Assembly (NCBI RefSeq): GCF_006345805.1
Contig: NC_043006.1
Coordinates: 10,354,001 to 10,418,000, forward strand
Reading direction: 5' to 3'
From: Octopus sinensis
Lineage: Eukaryota
DNA: 64,000 nucleotides
Of the stretch, positions 11,734 through 25,960 are shown piece after piece. Positions within the stretch are counted from its first letter, which is position 1, and each line of letters starts with the position of its first letter. The notes below the pieces were generated by a model. The model was not told the origin of the DNA and did not search any database. It worked only from the letters and a program-made list of their open reading frames with translations. The position numbers and the translations under genes were made by a program.

Positions 11734-13204
11734 GAACTTATATATATATATGATGAGTGAATAATGATTTCCAGACAATGGTCATAAGATGGACAATGGT
11801 CATAAGATACAATAAGACCAATAATAAACGAGTGAATATTTGGCAAGAAAAAATGACCGTGCAGAATTATAACCATCCAGAAATATAACAATATATATAT
11901 ATATAAGTATATACATACACATTTAAATGCATGCAATCACGTATGTGGTCTGTATCTGTTCAGTAAGTTACGATTCGGCAAGTTATCCAAATTTAACTAA
12001 TAGTAGCATGTAGTATGATCACAGATGGCACTTATTGACAGATAAGAAATATCAACCAAATCTCTGTTAGAATCGTAACTCTGTTAGAGTTACTAAAGGA
12101 TATATTCAACTGGATCTATGTGGGATATATATATATAACGAGGTATATAGGAAAAATATACTACGTGACATGTTTATCTAAAATTTACTAAAAGCGACAT
12201 TAGTCAGAACCGGATTGACTTGTACTCCAACATGACTCTTGTACAACTAACTTGAAAATTATTTTAACTTCCCCAGGCTCGTGCGGTTAATTTGTATGGT
12301 AGCGAATCGAGTTACAATGCAAAAACGTTATCCAAATTCCATCGACTCTAAACAAGAAGGAATATATTGTGTGATGTAGTCCTTAACAAACTTATAGCAA
12401 ATCGTCTCGGGTCGATCTTGTTTAATGCTCATGTGATCTCTTTTTCTAGCGTAATGTATTTTTAAGAATCACTCCTGATAACACCGCTTGGATAAGGTGT
12501 TGTTTATTCAGGAGTAAGATTCTTAGTTCGTTTGCTTTCACGCAAAGATTACAATTACGATATTTACAAGGAAATCAGTCAGTTAATTGAAATAAACACA
12601 CATGAAACAATTGATATAAATGCCATATTGAAAATACTTGAACACAATTCCATAGTCAAAACATTCAAAAGTTAATGTAATGTTTTACAATTTGTAATTT
12701 TCTGCTTAATACTAAATTAAATTAAGCAACTTTCTATAGCTCGACATTTGGAAATTATTGGAAAACGAATACTAATATTTGGATTCAACCATGATAACCG
12801 CTGAAAATAAAGCATCACCCCTATAAGTTCATAGGTAACAAAGCTTCAAAATGTTGCTTCTAATGGATTAATCAATACTCTAAAAATATTAGCCATCATC
12901 TTAATTAAGGACACATTAGCGGATTGCGAACACCGATATATTAAGTATTTATAATAGAATATATTCTTTGGAGGCGATTTTTTGATAAAATTTGAGTCGA
13001 AAAAATTGGTCGTGATAATAAGTAAAATTAATTGATGTTACTTATTATCATTGTTTCCGTTGGTCAACCACGAGGATTCTGTTGTTCGATCAGTGGAATA
13101 ATCTGCACTTGAATTAACATCTAATTATCTGGGCATCCAACCGACGCTTGTACACGCAGGACCAGAGTCACATAATGCGTAACAAAGCTGTTACCCTTTG
13201 AATT

Positions 13205-13370
13205 GAAAGCATTTTCTACTTGACGGGTTTTCGCTTTCTGTGAAATCAAGGTGTTTGTCGAACCGAGGATATTAAAGTTTAACATTCGCCGAATTCTAGC
13301 CTTTGCCTAAGACTAGCATTTGCCCAATATATCACTCAGTGATATCGAACCTTAGAACTCATGGTTGCTA
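13205..13370 (-). mobile_element. Degenerate SINE family B head
   Basis: GACGGGTTTTCGCTTTCTGT...TTTGCCCAA...CAGTGATATCGAACC...ATGGTTGC resembles the family B 5' part. Confidence 0.45.
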
Positions 13371-14261
13371 ACAACATATACAAACAACACATATTTTCGC
13401 TCATAAATATTTGTTAACACACAACGTGTTCAGCATATATCATTGAATAGTTGAATATATAAGGCATTGTCTGTTATTTTGGGGTATGTTCTGTAACTCG
13501 TCAAATCTCTATGTACAGTTGACAAAACATCTTTTGGATGTGGGTACAAATATTTCTGAACGTATATTATTAGACTGCATTATTTTCTTTCGGTCTAATC
13601 CAATACTGGAAACGTGAAACTCAAAATTACCAATCGCAAAATTTTCAGCTTGTTATAAAATAAAAATATTCTATTTTATTTACTAGTAACATCTAACTAG
13701 TTTGTAACCAAACACATTCATCAATTCATATGAGTGTGTGTGTGTGTGTGTTTGTATGTGTGTGTGTGTTTTTTTTTTTGTGTGTGTGTGTGTGTGTAAG
13801 TATGCGTGTTTATGTGAAGTTAGTTTATGTGTAATGTATGTATGAACGCGTGTGTTGTTCTATCAGTGTGTGTAAGTGTAGACATTTGAGTGTGTATATG
13901 ATTTTTTTATGGTAGTTTATTTGTGCCTCTGTGTATATAAACAATTTATTTCGTGATTTAAGTGTCCTGCAGCAAGAAAAAATCTCATTTTTCATGTAAG
14001 GTAGCATTTTTTTAATTGCTAGATCAAGATAAGAATTAACGTTTATACTAGTAATCTTTGGTCGAGTCTAATCTGTTTTCTCACGATCTTTTATTGAATA
14101 TTTAACCATCAATCTCCATTATATATTCATAGTTTTCTCCTTTATGTTTTTGAATCTATCTCTTTTATTTTGGTGTCGACATGAATTATGTTAGAAAATA
14201 TGATTTTAATTAGGTCTCCGTATTCAAAACATGTCGCCTCTTTTCTCTCTCTTTCCTTCTC

Positions 14262-14448
14262 TCTCTCTCACACACACACTCTCTCTCTCCCTCTCTCTTT
14301 CTTTCTCTGAGTGAGTAGTTTTCTTATCGTGTCTCTCTCTCTCTGTTTCCTTCTCTCACTCTCTCTCACACACACACTCTCTCTCTCTCTCTCTCTTTCT
14401 TTCTCTGAGTGAGTAGTTTTCTTATCGTGTCTCTCTCTCTCTGTTTCA
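14262..14448. repeat. Tandem duplication of a ~90-bp microsatellite-containing unit
   Basis: CTTTCTTTCTCTGAGTGAGTAGTTTTCTTATCGTGTCTCTCTCT occurs twice. Confidence 0.85.
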
Positions 14449-14954
14449 TTCTGACGCGCTGTCTCTGTCAATTCCTCTTTTTCTGGTTTTGTTTCTATCT
14501 CACTTCGCTTTAATAAATCACTACCTATAAAAATTGGGAAGAAAAACAATGATGAATAGACAATGGTTTATTATGAAAAGCAATATGAATATAATAAGAT
14601 AAGATACATTAAAGAAAGAAATGACAAAACAAGAGTGTATGTGTTATGAATGATTTAAAAGTTGTATCAACTTATAAACAATTTCTTGTCTCCAAAATAA
14701 CTCCAGCTACTAAGTGAAGTAACATATATGTATACGTCTCAAAAAGTAATTCCTACTATGTTAGCTATGTGTAACATACTGGATGTAGAGACATTACATG
14801 AATATATCTGCTTCAATTCAATAAATATACACCTTGCTATCTAGGTTATAAACATATGATAGGCCTCAAATAATGAAAATACTTTACGCAACAGTTTTAA
14901 CTCTTAAAAATAGCGGCAGCGAAAATTTACTCAATCCCGATACGATGTCTTTTA

Positions 14955-15352
14955 TCTCTCTATATATAAAGCTGAAGTTGTCTGTGGGTGGCAGGTTTGG
15001 TAGCCTTCAACTAACACTATCTCCTCCGAGACTCTGCGGTGCAAGTTCACTAAAATTGAGAGTATGATAGAAGAAGGCTTGCTCTTCCTTCCGTAGAAGA
15101 AAAATATCAAATCGGACCATGTTAACACCAAAAATTATTTACATCAAAAATGTGCTTTTTTTCTATGAAAATCCCTATTTTTTATTATTTTTTGACTGCT
15201 GTGTCGCCATTTTTCGGTGTATTTCAACCAGAAAAATGTTCACTTAAAGAGAATAACAAGCTACATAGTGAAACATTTTTACTTTTAAAAAATTCCAATT
15301 CTGAAGGGTCGAAAAGAAAACAAGCCCGAGCAACGCTGGGCACTACGGCTAG
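14955..15352 (+). mobile_element. Non-autonomous Helitron
   Basis: 5' TC...TATATATAAAG, 3' hairpin GCCCGAGCAACGCTGGGC ~10 nt before the terminal CTAG, inserted between A and T with no TSD. Confidence 0.8.
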
Positions 15353-16205
15353 TACTGGATAGAAGGCACTAGATATTATGCTAAGATAACGTTCAAACGA
15401 CAAAATTAACAAATCTGTGCAGAGTCTAAGCAACATAACAACGATAAGAAAATATAACGTTACTCGCCTTGTCTCATTGATATAATTGCAGGCTGCGTGA
15501 CTGCAAAAAGGTTTCTTGTTTGCTTGTGATTGTGTTGGCGTGTATATTTGCCAAAGTTCGAATGCTGACAAGGCAACAGTGTTCCGTTTCCTAACCATTA
15601 TGCTTTACGAAACGTGGTGGCTCTTGCTGTACTGTTGCAGAAATCCATAGAAAATCTATAGATGCAAACTACAACATATAACTATGGTACTGCCAACACA
15701 TAGTAGGACACATTATTGAAATTAAATCTATAATATGTTTGGTGTAAATTATGGTTGCAACACGAAATGTTGTCTTGCAAGCAATTTAGCACATCACTAG
15801 TAATCATGAATGTCTTTAATATGTAAATTAATCAATACAGTCGTTATTTAAGGCGTGAGTTCGTGAATAGTCGATGACGATGAGTAGAAATGACGTACTG
15901 AGGAAAAGAGAATAAGTCTTGAAATATGCATGCACACCTATTACCTGTTTTCTTATATCTTAGATTTCATTGTTTACTAGGGCGTATTTGCCCACGTGAC
16001 ATCATAGCTTGTGCCGTTGTGAATTCTAAAGAAAATGTATAGAGAAAAACTTTACTAGAGTTAACTGAATCTAGAAGTGGATTTTCGCTGTCTACTGTAT
16101 TACGACTATATTTTAGGGGTATATTTGCTGGTAGTATATATAGTGTATTCAACGATAGAACATAGCTCCTACTCTATACTTTAGTTAGTAATATATATGT
16201 AATAG

Positions 16206-16380
16206 AAGGTGATGAGCTAGCAGAACCGTTAGCATGCCAGATAAGATAGCTGTATTTCGTCAGTCTGCACGCACTCAGTTCAAATTCCGTAGAGCTGGAT
16301 TTTTGCCTTTCATCATTTCGAGATCGATAGAATGAGTACCACGTGAGTACTAGAGTCGATGTGATGGATTTACTTCATCC
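16206..16380 (+). mobile_element. Degenerate SINE family A copy
   Basis: AAGGTGATGAGCTAGCAGAACCGTTAGCATGCC...AGTTCAAATTCCG...GCCTTTCATCATTTCGAGATCGATAGAATGAGTACC. Confidence 0.7.
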
Positions 16381-17350
16381 ACGAAATATACACATAATTT
16401 GACTAGTAGGCATAGTTTAGTATTCCACTAGCAACTTTCTACAATATCCTTATTTATGATCTGCCTTGAAGACATCTTCCATCGTAGGTAAAAAAATCTT
16501 CCGATTACCATGTAATGCATTCAGTTAATATAACGAATGTTTTACCAAACATTGGCTTTGCAAAGAATGATATATATCATTACGGTTATTCTTTTTCTTC
16601 TAGTTACAACCTTTTTGACTCCGACTCAGCTCTCATGGAATGTATTTAAGATCAAAGTTATTCCATTTGTTAACTTCGTATGCAAGTCTAAACAGACTAA
16701 ATTATCCAATGCCTCTATTTTATATTGTACTTGGCTTTCATTTAAGGAACATTTAACCAATAGAGACTTCGGTATGAGGCCCAAAATGTTGGTTATTGCG
16801 TTGGTTTCTGCTGTTTTTATTCGCAGATCAGTATTGAAAGGGCACACATATGCTCAAACATTTCTTCAGTGGTGATCCCTCTGTTTTCCATAACCACTTT
16901 ATTCAACTTAGTTTTTAAAATGACTACAAGAATTTTCTCTTTGGAAATTTAGCAACGGTTTCTAATAGATTAAACTATCCCATAAATCTGCCCGTCTTTG
17001 CTTTCATTATCGGTTTATAACATCGTAATTAGCACGTACAAAGCTACTTGTGTTCTCCGTTCAATTCACTTATTTCCAAAGCTTCATTAGCAAAGTTTGT
17101 GAACCACAAAAGTGTATATATTACAATGTATATATTAGCGTATATAAATATAAATACACATACTTATATTGCCAACACAATTTGCCCTGTATAACAGTTA
17201 TTTGGTCGATATATTAAGAAACCAGTAAATATGAACATTAAGTGGTTGACTATTCTAATTATGTCCAATTCAACGTTAAGTTATTTAATGATCTCTTCAA
17301 CAATGAACTTGTGACTGAAAAGTAGCCAACACTTTTTCACTCCCCATTCA

Positions 17351-17381
<31 letters not shown>

Positions 17382-17447
17382 GCACGCACACACACACATG
17401 CAGATTCTCACCCTTACTCCATATATATATACACACACACACACACT

Positions 17448-17487
<40 letters not shown>

Positions 17488-17621
17488 ATATATTCATCTT
17501 TCTCTGCATTTCATTCACTATCAACGTCAGTCTGTCTATATGTGTGTGTATGCGTGCGTGTGTTCGTGAGTGTCTGAACGTATGTGTGTGTGTTTTTGTG
17601 TGTGTGTGTGTGTGTGTGAGT

Positions 17622-17665
<44 letters not shown>

Positions 17666-18414
17666 TTCCTTGCTTCTTTGTGTTTCCCATCACGTATTTT
17701 GACCCTTTAACTAGTTCCAGTTCTGCTGAAAAGAGTTTGAGAAAATTCTAGGACACAGTTTTAATTGATTTTTGACAATAAATCAGCACCTTTACGCTAT
17801 ACTTTTATTCTGCTACTTATCCTGTCGGTTCAGTTGGTATTTGACTTAACAGCAAATATACGGAGAGTGATAACTACCGGAACGTCCACCGTACAATGAT
17901 TTAGACACACACACACACGTACACACACACTCACACACATATATATATATATATTTGTATATATGTGTTTATACATCTATGAATATGTACGAAAATATAT
18001 ATGTATATAGATGTATATATATATATATATATATATGCATATATATATATATATATATATATGCACATACATATACGTGTGTATATAAACATATATATAT
18101 ATATTAATATTTGATAAGTATTATTATTATCGTTATTAACATACACACGCACATGTGTGGAGTGGTGTGTGTGTGTGTGTGTGGTGTGTGTGTGCGTGTG
18201 TGTGTGTGTGCGTTCGTGTGTATACGTGTGTGTTTATGTCCAGAAAAAGGCATATACTGAATGCAAGTTTTAGAATGAGAAGAAATTTAATAGTTGTGTT
18301 ATGACACATTACACGAAGTTTTGGAGCAAATTTGCGCCTAAAGTCCAATTAAGGACAATAGCTCATATATTGAATTATATACGAAATAGTTACAACCGGA
18401 CCCACATACATGCA

Positions 18415-18530
18415 TACATACATACATACATACATACATACATACATACATACATACATACATACATACATACATACGTACATACATACATACATACATA
18501 CATACATACATACATACATAAATACATACA
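18415..18530. repeat. (TACA)n microsatellite
   Basis: Read directly from the sequence. Confidence 0.95.
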
Positions 18531-18899
18531 CGTATTCATGTATGTATATATGTATATATGAAGCAAGCAAACGTTGAAGGCGTTTGCAGCTATTCGTATA
18601 ATATATCACTGCAAGGCAAATTGTGTGAAAACAATAAGATTGTAATTGAAGGAAATCATGCAAGGAAGATATTTAATCGAGGGAAGAGCGATTGTCAAGA
18701 CTCCTGATAAATAGGTAGGCATTCGACTGTAAAGGATAGACGTATAAAACGTAGATTTCTTTGAAAGAACTATATTAATATACATTAAATTAAGGAACTA
18801 AGAAGAAGGATCGTTATGTGTTTTGCCTGTATGGAACGTATCGACTATTTTAAACTTTCGTCCATTCCTATCAACATTTGAAATTGCTATTATCATATT

Positions 18900-19041
18900 T
18901 CGTGTTGTTGTTGTTATTGTCGTTGTTGTTGTTGTTGTTGTTCTTCTTCTTCTTCTTCTTCTTCTTCTTCATTTTGTTATTATTATTATTATTTTTATTA
19001 TTATTATTGTTATTATTATTATTATTATCATTATTATTGTT

Positions 19042-19072
<31 letters not shown>

Positions 19073-19078
19073 TTATTA

Positions 19079-19116
<38 letters not shown>

Positions 19117-19420
19117 GTTATTATTATTATTATTATTATGGTTTTTTCTTGTGTTTCTTGTTCAACTAATACAACAACAGCAACAACGGCAACTACTACT
19201 ACTACTACTACTACACTTTTTACCTCTTTGATCTTTGTCGCTGTCTGTTTCTTTCCGTCTTCGAATACTAACATACACACAAACACACACACATATACAT
19301 GCATACACACATATGGTAATAGTAGTAGTAGTATTAGTAGAAGTAGTAGTAGTAGTAGTAGTTTTTGTTGTTGTAGCAGCATCAACAGCGGCAGGCAGTT
19401 GTAGCAGCAACAGTAGTAGT
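18900..19420. repeat. Compound trinucleotide microsatellite (GTT)n(CTT)n(ATT)n(ACA)n(ACT)n(AGT)n
   Basis: Read directly; it produces the poly-V/L/I/T/S pseudo-ORFs. Confidence 0.95.
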
Positions 19421-19555
19421 AATCGAGGTCTACTAATATAGATATATGTGCGAATGTATTGACGAGTGTGCGTGAGTGGGTGTGCTCGTGTGTGCGTAAA
19501 GAGAGTGAAGGAGGAAAGTAATGATGATATACATATTACTACTATTGCGTCTGCT

Positions 19556-19929
19556 GTTTGTTTGTTTGTTTGTTGAGCGATGCGGTCTTCGTCTCAGTGT
19601 AGAATTCCGAAACGTGGTTCTTTGCTATTCGTAAAACCCGCAGAAGAGAAAACAGGTCAACCCCCGACACCGAGAACATCGACGGATGGATGAATGCGCA
19701 TCCAGGCTCAGCGGTTGCGTAGGAAGTCGGGGACAAGAAACAGGAAAAAGGAGTGAGAGAAAGTTGGAGCGAAAGAGTACAACAGGGGTCATCCCAGCCC
19801 CCTGCCGGAGCCTCGTGGAGCTTTAGGTGTTTTCACTCAATAAGCACACACAACGCCCGGTCGGGGAATCGAAACCGCGATCTTCCAACCACGAGTCCGC
19901 TGTCCTAACCACTGAGCCATTGCGCCTCC
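19556..19929 (-). mobile_element. SINE family C variant: same tRNA head and 5' body, different 3' half, (AAAC)n tail
   Basis: Head GGAGGCGCAATGGCTCAGTGGTTAGGACAGC. Matches family C down to CCTGTTTCT (~19737), then an unrelated 3' region ending CGCTCAACAAACAAACAAAC. Confidence 0.85.
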
Positions 19930-19977
19930 TTGCTTCTACTGCTTCAAAGTTCTTACGAATGTTAAATTGTAGAAAAG

Positions 19978-20608
19978 TGGCGCGCAGACAGAAACGTTAA
20001 TATTCCAGGCGAAATGCTTAGGCGGCGAGCTGGCAGAAACGTTAGCACGCCGGGCGAAATGCTTAGCGGTATTTCGTCTGTCGTTACGTTGTGAGTTCAA
20101 ATTCCGCCGAGGTCAACTTTGCCTTTCATCCTTTCGGGGTCGATAAATTAAGTACCAGTTACGCTCTGGGGTCGATATAATCGACTTAATACCTATGTCT
20201 GTCCTTGTTTGTCCCCTCTATGTTTGGCCCCTTGTGGGTAATAAAGAAATAGGTATTTCGTCTGCCGCTACGTTCTGAGTTCAAATTCCGCCGAGGTCCA
20301 CTTTGCCTTTCAACCTTTCGGAGTCGATTAAATAAGTACCAGTTACGCACTGTGGTCGATATAATCGACTTAATCCGTTTGTCTGTCCTTGTTTGTCATC
20401 TCTGTGCTTAGCCCCTTGTGGGTAGTAAAGAAATACGTATTTTGCCGGTTTTTTTACGTTCTGAATTGAAATTCCGCCGAGGTCGACTTTGTCTTCTATC
20501 CTTTTGGTATCGATAAACGAAGTGCCAAGTGCGTACAGGAGTCGATCTAATCGACTGTTCCTCTCCCTCAAAATGTTGGGCCTTGTGCCTAGATTAGAAA
20601 AGAATATT
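19978..20608 (+). mobile_element. Concatemeric array of SINE family A
   Basis: Full head GGCGGCGAGCTGGCAGAAACGTTAGC at 20021, followed by three units joined at AAAGAAATA(G/C)GTATTT. The last unit ends with an alternative tail GGGCCTTGTGCCTAGATTAGAAAAGAAT. Confidence 0.88.
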
Positions 20609-20619
20609 AATTTACAGAT

Positions 20620-21515
20620 AGTTTGGCAGAATCGTTAGAACGTTGACAAGAGACCTCGCTTCAGTCCTTCAGCCAGTTACTGAGTTCATATCTTGCCGTA
20701 CTCAGCATTATTTTCATCCCTTTGTGGTCAATAAAAAGTAACATACCATTCAAGCATTGAATTGTTTTAATCAACTAAATTTTTTCCCTCCATTTTGGAA
20801 ATATTTTTCCTATATTACAAAACAATAATTCCTGATAGATCTAGTTTAGAAGAATCAAAGGAGCGTAAAACAAAATGCGTTGCGTTATTTATTTCGGTTC
20901 TTTATGATTTGAGTTAAAATCCTGCAGAGGTCAACTTAGTTTTTCACTGTTTCTTGGTAGATAAAGTGTCAGTAGGTACTTTATTAAAATAATGTACCTG
21001 CTAAATTCTTCGGAAGATTAGCTCGACTAACACTCTCTCCCAAATGCTGGAATTTTTCTTATATTAGAAATCAATATTTCGTCTGGGAGAATGGTGGAAT
21101 CGTTTGATTATCGGATAAAATGCATTACGATATATTTTCCGAATCTTTATCCTTCGAGTTCAAATTCTAGTAAGGTCAACTTTGCTGTTCGTTTCGCGGA
21201 GTTCAGTAAAAAATATATACCGATCAAGAACTAAATCAATTAAAATTTCCTGGCCTTGTGCCTATTCCAAAAGTCATGTTTATATTTATGTATTGTTTAA
21301 GGCGGTGAACTGGCAAGCTTGTTACAGTACCGGGTGAAATTCTTAGCGGTATTCCGTCCATTTCTAGGTTCTGGGTTCAAATTCCGCTGAGGTCGACTTC
21401 GCCTTTCATTCGTTCGGAGTCGATAAAATAAGTACCAGTTGAGCACTAGGGTCAAGTAATCGACTTAACTCCTTTCTGAGAATGCTGTCCTTGTGCTAAA
21501 ATTTCAAATCAATAT
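20620..21515 (+). mobile_element. Cluster of about 4 older, diverged SINE family A copies
   Basis: Recurrent GAGTTCAAAT, GAGGTCAACTT and AAGTACC motifs near 20680, 20910, 21155 and 21375. The best copy is 21299-21515. Confidence 0.65.
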
Positions 21516-21829
21516 TTATGTGACGTACTGCGAGAGACTAGGCGAGAAGTTGCTTTCTTCTTTTTCCTTTATGGCTGCCGAAATTTCACCACACAGCAAA
21601 GAGACGCCTGAGTATATTTTCCCTGCAGGTCAGGTCTCAGGCTAAATTTTCTAACACGTATTCTTCCAAAAAACATGGAAGTGTTTTTAATCCATTTTTT
21701 CTTTCATCATACTAAATGTGAAAACGAAAATTAGGAAACAAAATATTCGTTCGTGTAAATATTATTTAAAACACATAAAATTCTTACGTTCTTAATAAAG
21801 AATATAACTTAATAATACAACTTATATTG

Positions 21830-22170
21830 GTTTTGAAATGTAGGCACAAGGGCAGCCATTTCAAAGGAGTGAGTTAGTCGTTAACATCGACTTCAGTGCT
21901 CATATGGAATTTATTTTATCGACTACGGAAGAATGAAAGGCAAAGCCGACCTTAACGAAATTTGAACTCAGAGTGTAAAGACGGACGAAACGCCGCTAAG
22001 CATTTTCCCCGGTGCACTAACGAATCTGCCATCTCACCGCCTTAATTATTTAGCTAATATTGATTCCAAACTTTGGCACAAGACCAACAATTTCAAGTGA
22101 ATGGGTAAGTCGACTACTTATTTTATCGACCGCGAAATTATAAAAGGTAAATTTGGCCTCGGCCAAGGAA
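21830..22170 (-). mobile_element. SINE family A copies (reverse orientation)
   Basis: Reverse complement reads AAGGCGGTGAGATGGCAGATTCGTTAGTGCACCGGGG...TCTGAGTTCAAATTTCG...GTCGGCTTTGCCTTTCATTC. Confidence 0.7.
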
Positions 22171-22174
22171 AAGA

Positions 22175-24450
22175 ACAAACAGAACGTAAAGAACCATAAT
22201 GGCGTAGATGACACAAAGTTACAAAGACATTTAGGACACGTTGATAGATTGAGAAGAGGAGAATTGCAAAACCAAAGGATAAGAATAATGCTGGAAAGAA
22301 CATATAAAATAAGAGACAAAGGTTATTATGTGATATTGGAAGAACTGAAACAAAGAGTAGCAGCAATCAAAGCAAAACTGGAAAGATATGACTCTAGAAA
22401 AGAAAACAGTTGAAACAAAATGGTTTGTTTGAAGCAAATAAGAAGAAACTCTTTCAGGAACTAGATGGACAAATACACGTAACAAGGATACCAGATGCAG
22501 AGGAAAGCAAGGCATTCTGGAGAGCGATCTGGGACCAGCCTTTCGAGTATAATGATGAAGTGGAGTGGTTGCACGACATCCAAGATAGGTTAAGAAATAT
22601 AGAAGTCGAAGAAGACATAAAGACAACTACAGAAATGGTTTTTTAAAAAGTAGTTAAGAAAATTCCCAATTTAAAAGAGCCCGGGACCGAATGGAGTCCG
22701 AGGTTATTGGAGGAAGAAGCAGAAAAGACTCCATGAAAGGATAGCACAAAAGCTAGATGAGTGCTTGCAGGAAGGTGCAGTACCCAGTTGGATGACAAAG
22801 GGAAAGTCATTGTTATGTGCCAAGGATCCTGAAAAAGGAAATGTTGCATCCAACTTTAGACCAATAACATACCTTCCGCTAATGTGGAAACGAATGTCAG
22901 GTCGTTTGGCCGGTGAACTGTATAGATACTTGGAATAATATGGACTACTGCGCACTGAATAGAAAGGGTGCCGAAAAAAGGATCGGGGTATGAAGGATCA
23001 GTACTTAATTGATAATCTAATTATCAGGAACTGAAAGAGACGATATACTAACCTGCACATGGTATACATTGAATAAAGAAAATGGAAATGTGTGAGAAGC
23101 CTTATATGGAAAAGCATGAGACGCTGGAAAGCGGAACTGACAGCAAGGAAGCAAGTATTAGGAGAGGTAAAAATATAGAGAGGTATTTTCCAGGGGAACA
23201 GTGTTTCCCCAGTGATATTCGCGCTGGGAATGATCCCCTTGAGTAAAATACTACAGAAAACCAAGTTGAGGTATGATCTGGCAAGGGGAAAGGGAAACCT
23301 GAAACACTTTCTATTATTGATGGACAACCTAAAGCAATTCACAAAAACTGAAGCAGAACCGGGGAGCCTAGTCCAGTCTATGCAGATTTTCCCCACTGAT
23401 CTTAAGGTGGAGTTTTGACTCGCAAAATGTACTACGATCATGATGATACTAACAAAGCTTGCCGGATCAGAAGGAATATGGTTGCCAAGTGGTGAAATGA
23501 TGAAGGCAATTCAACCTCAATCCAGTTATAACTACCTGGGAATACTTGAGGTAGATGGAATCAAACACGACATGAAAAAAAGAACAAAAGGAGAGTACCT
23601 GCAGCGAGTGAGAAAATATTTCGCTTCAAAGCTGAATGCCAGAAACATAACTTCAGAAATAAACTCGAGCGCAGTCGCAATAGTTCAGTATGGCACTGGA
23701 ATCCTGAACTTGACAGAGGAGGAGCTAAGGGAAATGGACAGGAGGTCAAGAATGCTTCTAACGATGCATGGAGCCCTTTGTCCCTGTGTATACATTGATC
23801 GCCAACACATGGGAAAGAGAAGAAGGGGACTGATATGTGTGGAAGATTGCGTGCATATCGAAATCGAGTGCTTAATGAGATATCTAGCCCAAAGTAAGGA
23901 AACCTTACTAGTAACCGTCAGGAACGAGGGAATATTGAGATCAGAGAATAAAAGGAAAAACAATGGAATAGGGAAAATGGAATCCAAAAGGTCATGAAGA
24001 AGAATTACGTAAGAAGGGTCTATACAATCAATTCCATGTAGCCACAACAGATGTTGCTGGAAAAAAATAGATAGGGTTGGCTGATGAATGGAAACCTCAG
24101 AAAAAAGAGACCGAGAGCACTATTCTCGTAGCGCAAGATCAAGCTTTGGCCACGAACTGGAGTGTCGACCCTAGGAATGAACAAGTGTTTCTGCACTCTG
24201 CTGCATCTACAACAGAGTGGACGAAACCATTGCTGGTATCACGAACGAATGCCCTAGACTTGCCTCAAACCACAGGTTGTGGTCACACAACCAGGTAGCC
24301 AAAGTGCTACATTGAGAACTGTGCGATAGGTGTGGGTAGAGAGAGCCAAGTAGTGGCATAAGCACAAACTGCAGTGAGTGGCGGGAGTCAGAGACTAGCA
24401 AAATCCTCTGGGATTTCCCAATCAAAACAGATCTCCCGCTTACATACAGC
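22175..24450 (+). pseudogene. Degraded R4/Dong-type (restriction-like endonuclease) non-LTR retrotransposon
   Basis: Fragments ILEELKQRVAA..AKLERY, QNGLF..NKKKLFQEL, FWRAIW, NFRPI..LPLMWK, KGCRK..KDQ.LID, RGIFQG.S.SP..F..GMIPL, LLMDNLK (YADD region), YNYLG, ETESTI.VAQDQALAT, HNQVA and KILWDFPIKTD. Many stops and frameshifts. Confidence 0.85.
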
Positions 24451-25253
24451 CAACATACACACTTGCGTGCCCACATCAGCCGATGCAGGTAGCCACAAGC
24501 ACTAAGAGCTAGCTGAATGAAAGAGCATCGCCAATTTCTCCGTGAACAGCTAGATTTCGGTTAAAGACAATAACTTGAAATATCAAGCAAATGCTTTTCG
24601 ATTTTTAACCAATAACACTGGTTAAAATGTGTTTACGTATTCAGAAACTATTACATTGTATGGAAATTATCAAAAACAAATATTTTTAAATTTCATTTTA
24701 TTTTAAAATTTATTGCAAACGGGAGTGGGGATTTTGACCATAAAATGGATATTTAATTTTAATGTTAATCTATTCGAATGAAGTTTTATATTTCAAGGAA
24801 TAAAAGAATGGAAAACAAGTGAAATAGGAATAATAAATGGTTACTAAAAAATTTCATAACACTTTATTAATGAAAGAGTGAATGTACATTCTCTTCAAAG
24901 AGACTGTGTGGAGTTTTGTCGTGCTGACAGCACTTGACTGCATCTGTGTTTTAGTAATACATAGTTTGAGCTTGCTAAACACTGGAAGTTAAGAGGTCTC
25001 TCACGTATTAGATGTTATCTGTAATATTGCTATATAAATACACTCACACACTCCGGTATACACATATACATATATATATCAGACATTTGGCATTGTTTAA
25101 AGTGTTTGTACATACATGCAAACACACACAATTACACACACACACACATACATACATACATACATACAAACATACATATATATGTGTGTGTGTGTGTGTA
25201 TATATATGCATGTATATATATATACATATATATATATGTATATATATATATAT

Positions 25254-25289
<36 letters not shown>

Positions 25290-25804
25290 GCATGTATGTA
25301 TATACATATATATATATAAAACGATATAACGGCATGTGTTTTTTGCGCCACGATATTGATCGTGCTGATTAAACTACAGGAGGGAACCAGTAATTAGATT
25401 AGACAAATTATACAGAAAACAGCAAACATTAAACAAATGGTTTTTTTGTTTCATAAAAACCATATATTTATGATTAAATCTGTGGGGAGCTGGAAAAAAA
25501 TTGTTACAAAACACAAATATAAAACAACACTCAATAAGCGTCGCGAATTTAAAAATCAAAGTATTGGCCCTGTGTGTGTTAATTTGATGTAATTCAATTA
25601 GTTGTTTATTACGCGAGATATATTAAATTGATAACTTAAATGTATGGATTAAATATGTCGGTAGGAGAGGTAATGAATTTCGTGGAATTGTAGGCTACGT
25701 TTTGTATACACCCCCCCAACACACATATGACCAGCAGATACATGCACACAGGTATAAAGTACACACACGCCTAAAAATATGTATGTATGTATGTAGATGC
25801 AGCC

Positions 25805-25960
25805 CAGCCTATGTGATAAGAAGCTTACTTTTAAACCACATGGCTTCGGGTTCAGTCCCAGTTCGTGGCATGTTGGGGAGGTGTTTCCAGCTTCAGCCTT
25901 GCGCCAACTAAAAACTTGTAAGTGAATTTTGTTGACGGAAACTAAAAGAAGCCCGCCATG
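25805..25960 (+). mobile_element. SINE family B head fragment
   Basis: GTGATAAGAAGCTTACTTTTAAACCACATGGCTTCGGGTTCAGTCCC...TTGTAAGTGAATTTTGTTGACGGAAACTAAAAGAAGCCCG. Confidence 0.7.

Noticed and set aside
18823-19441. Long ORFs (up to 193 aa) of poly-I/L/V/T/S, and the [12 protein letters not shown] ORFs throughout the window
   Set aside because: They are translations of stop-free microsatellites with no protein signal.
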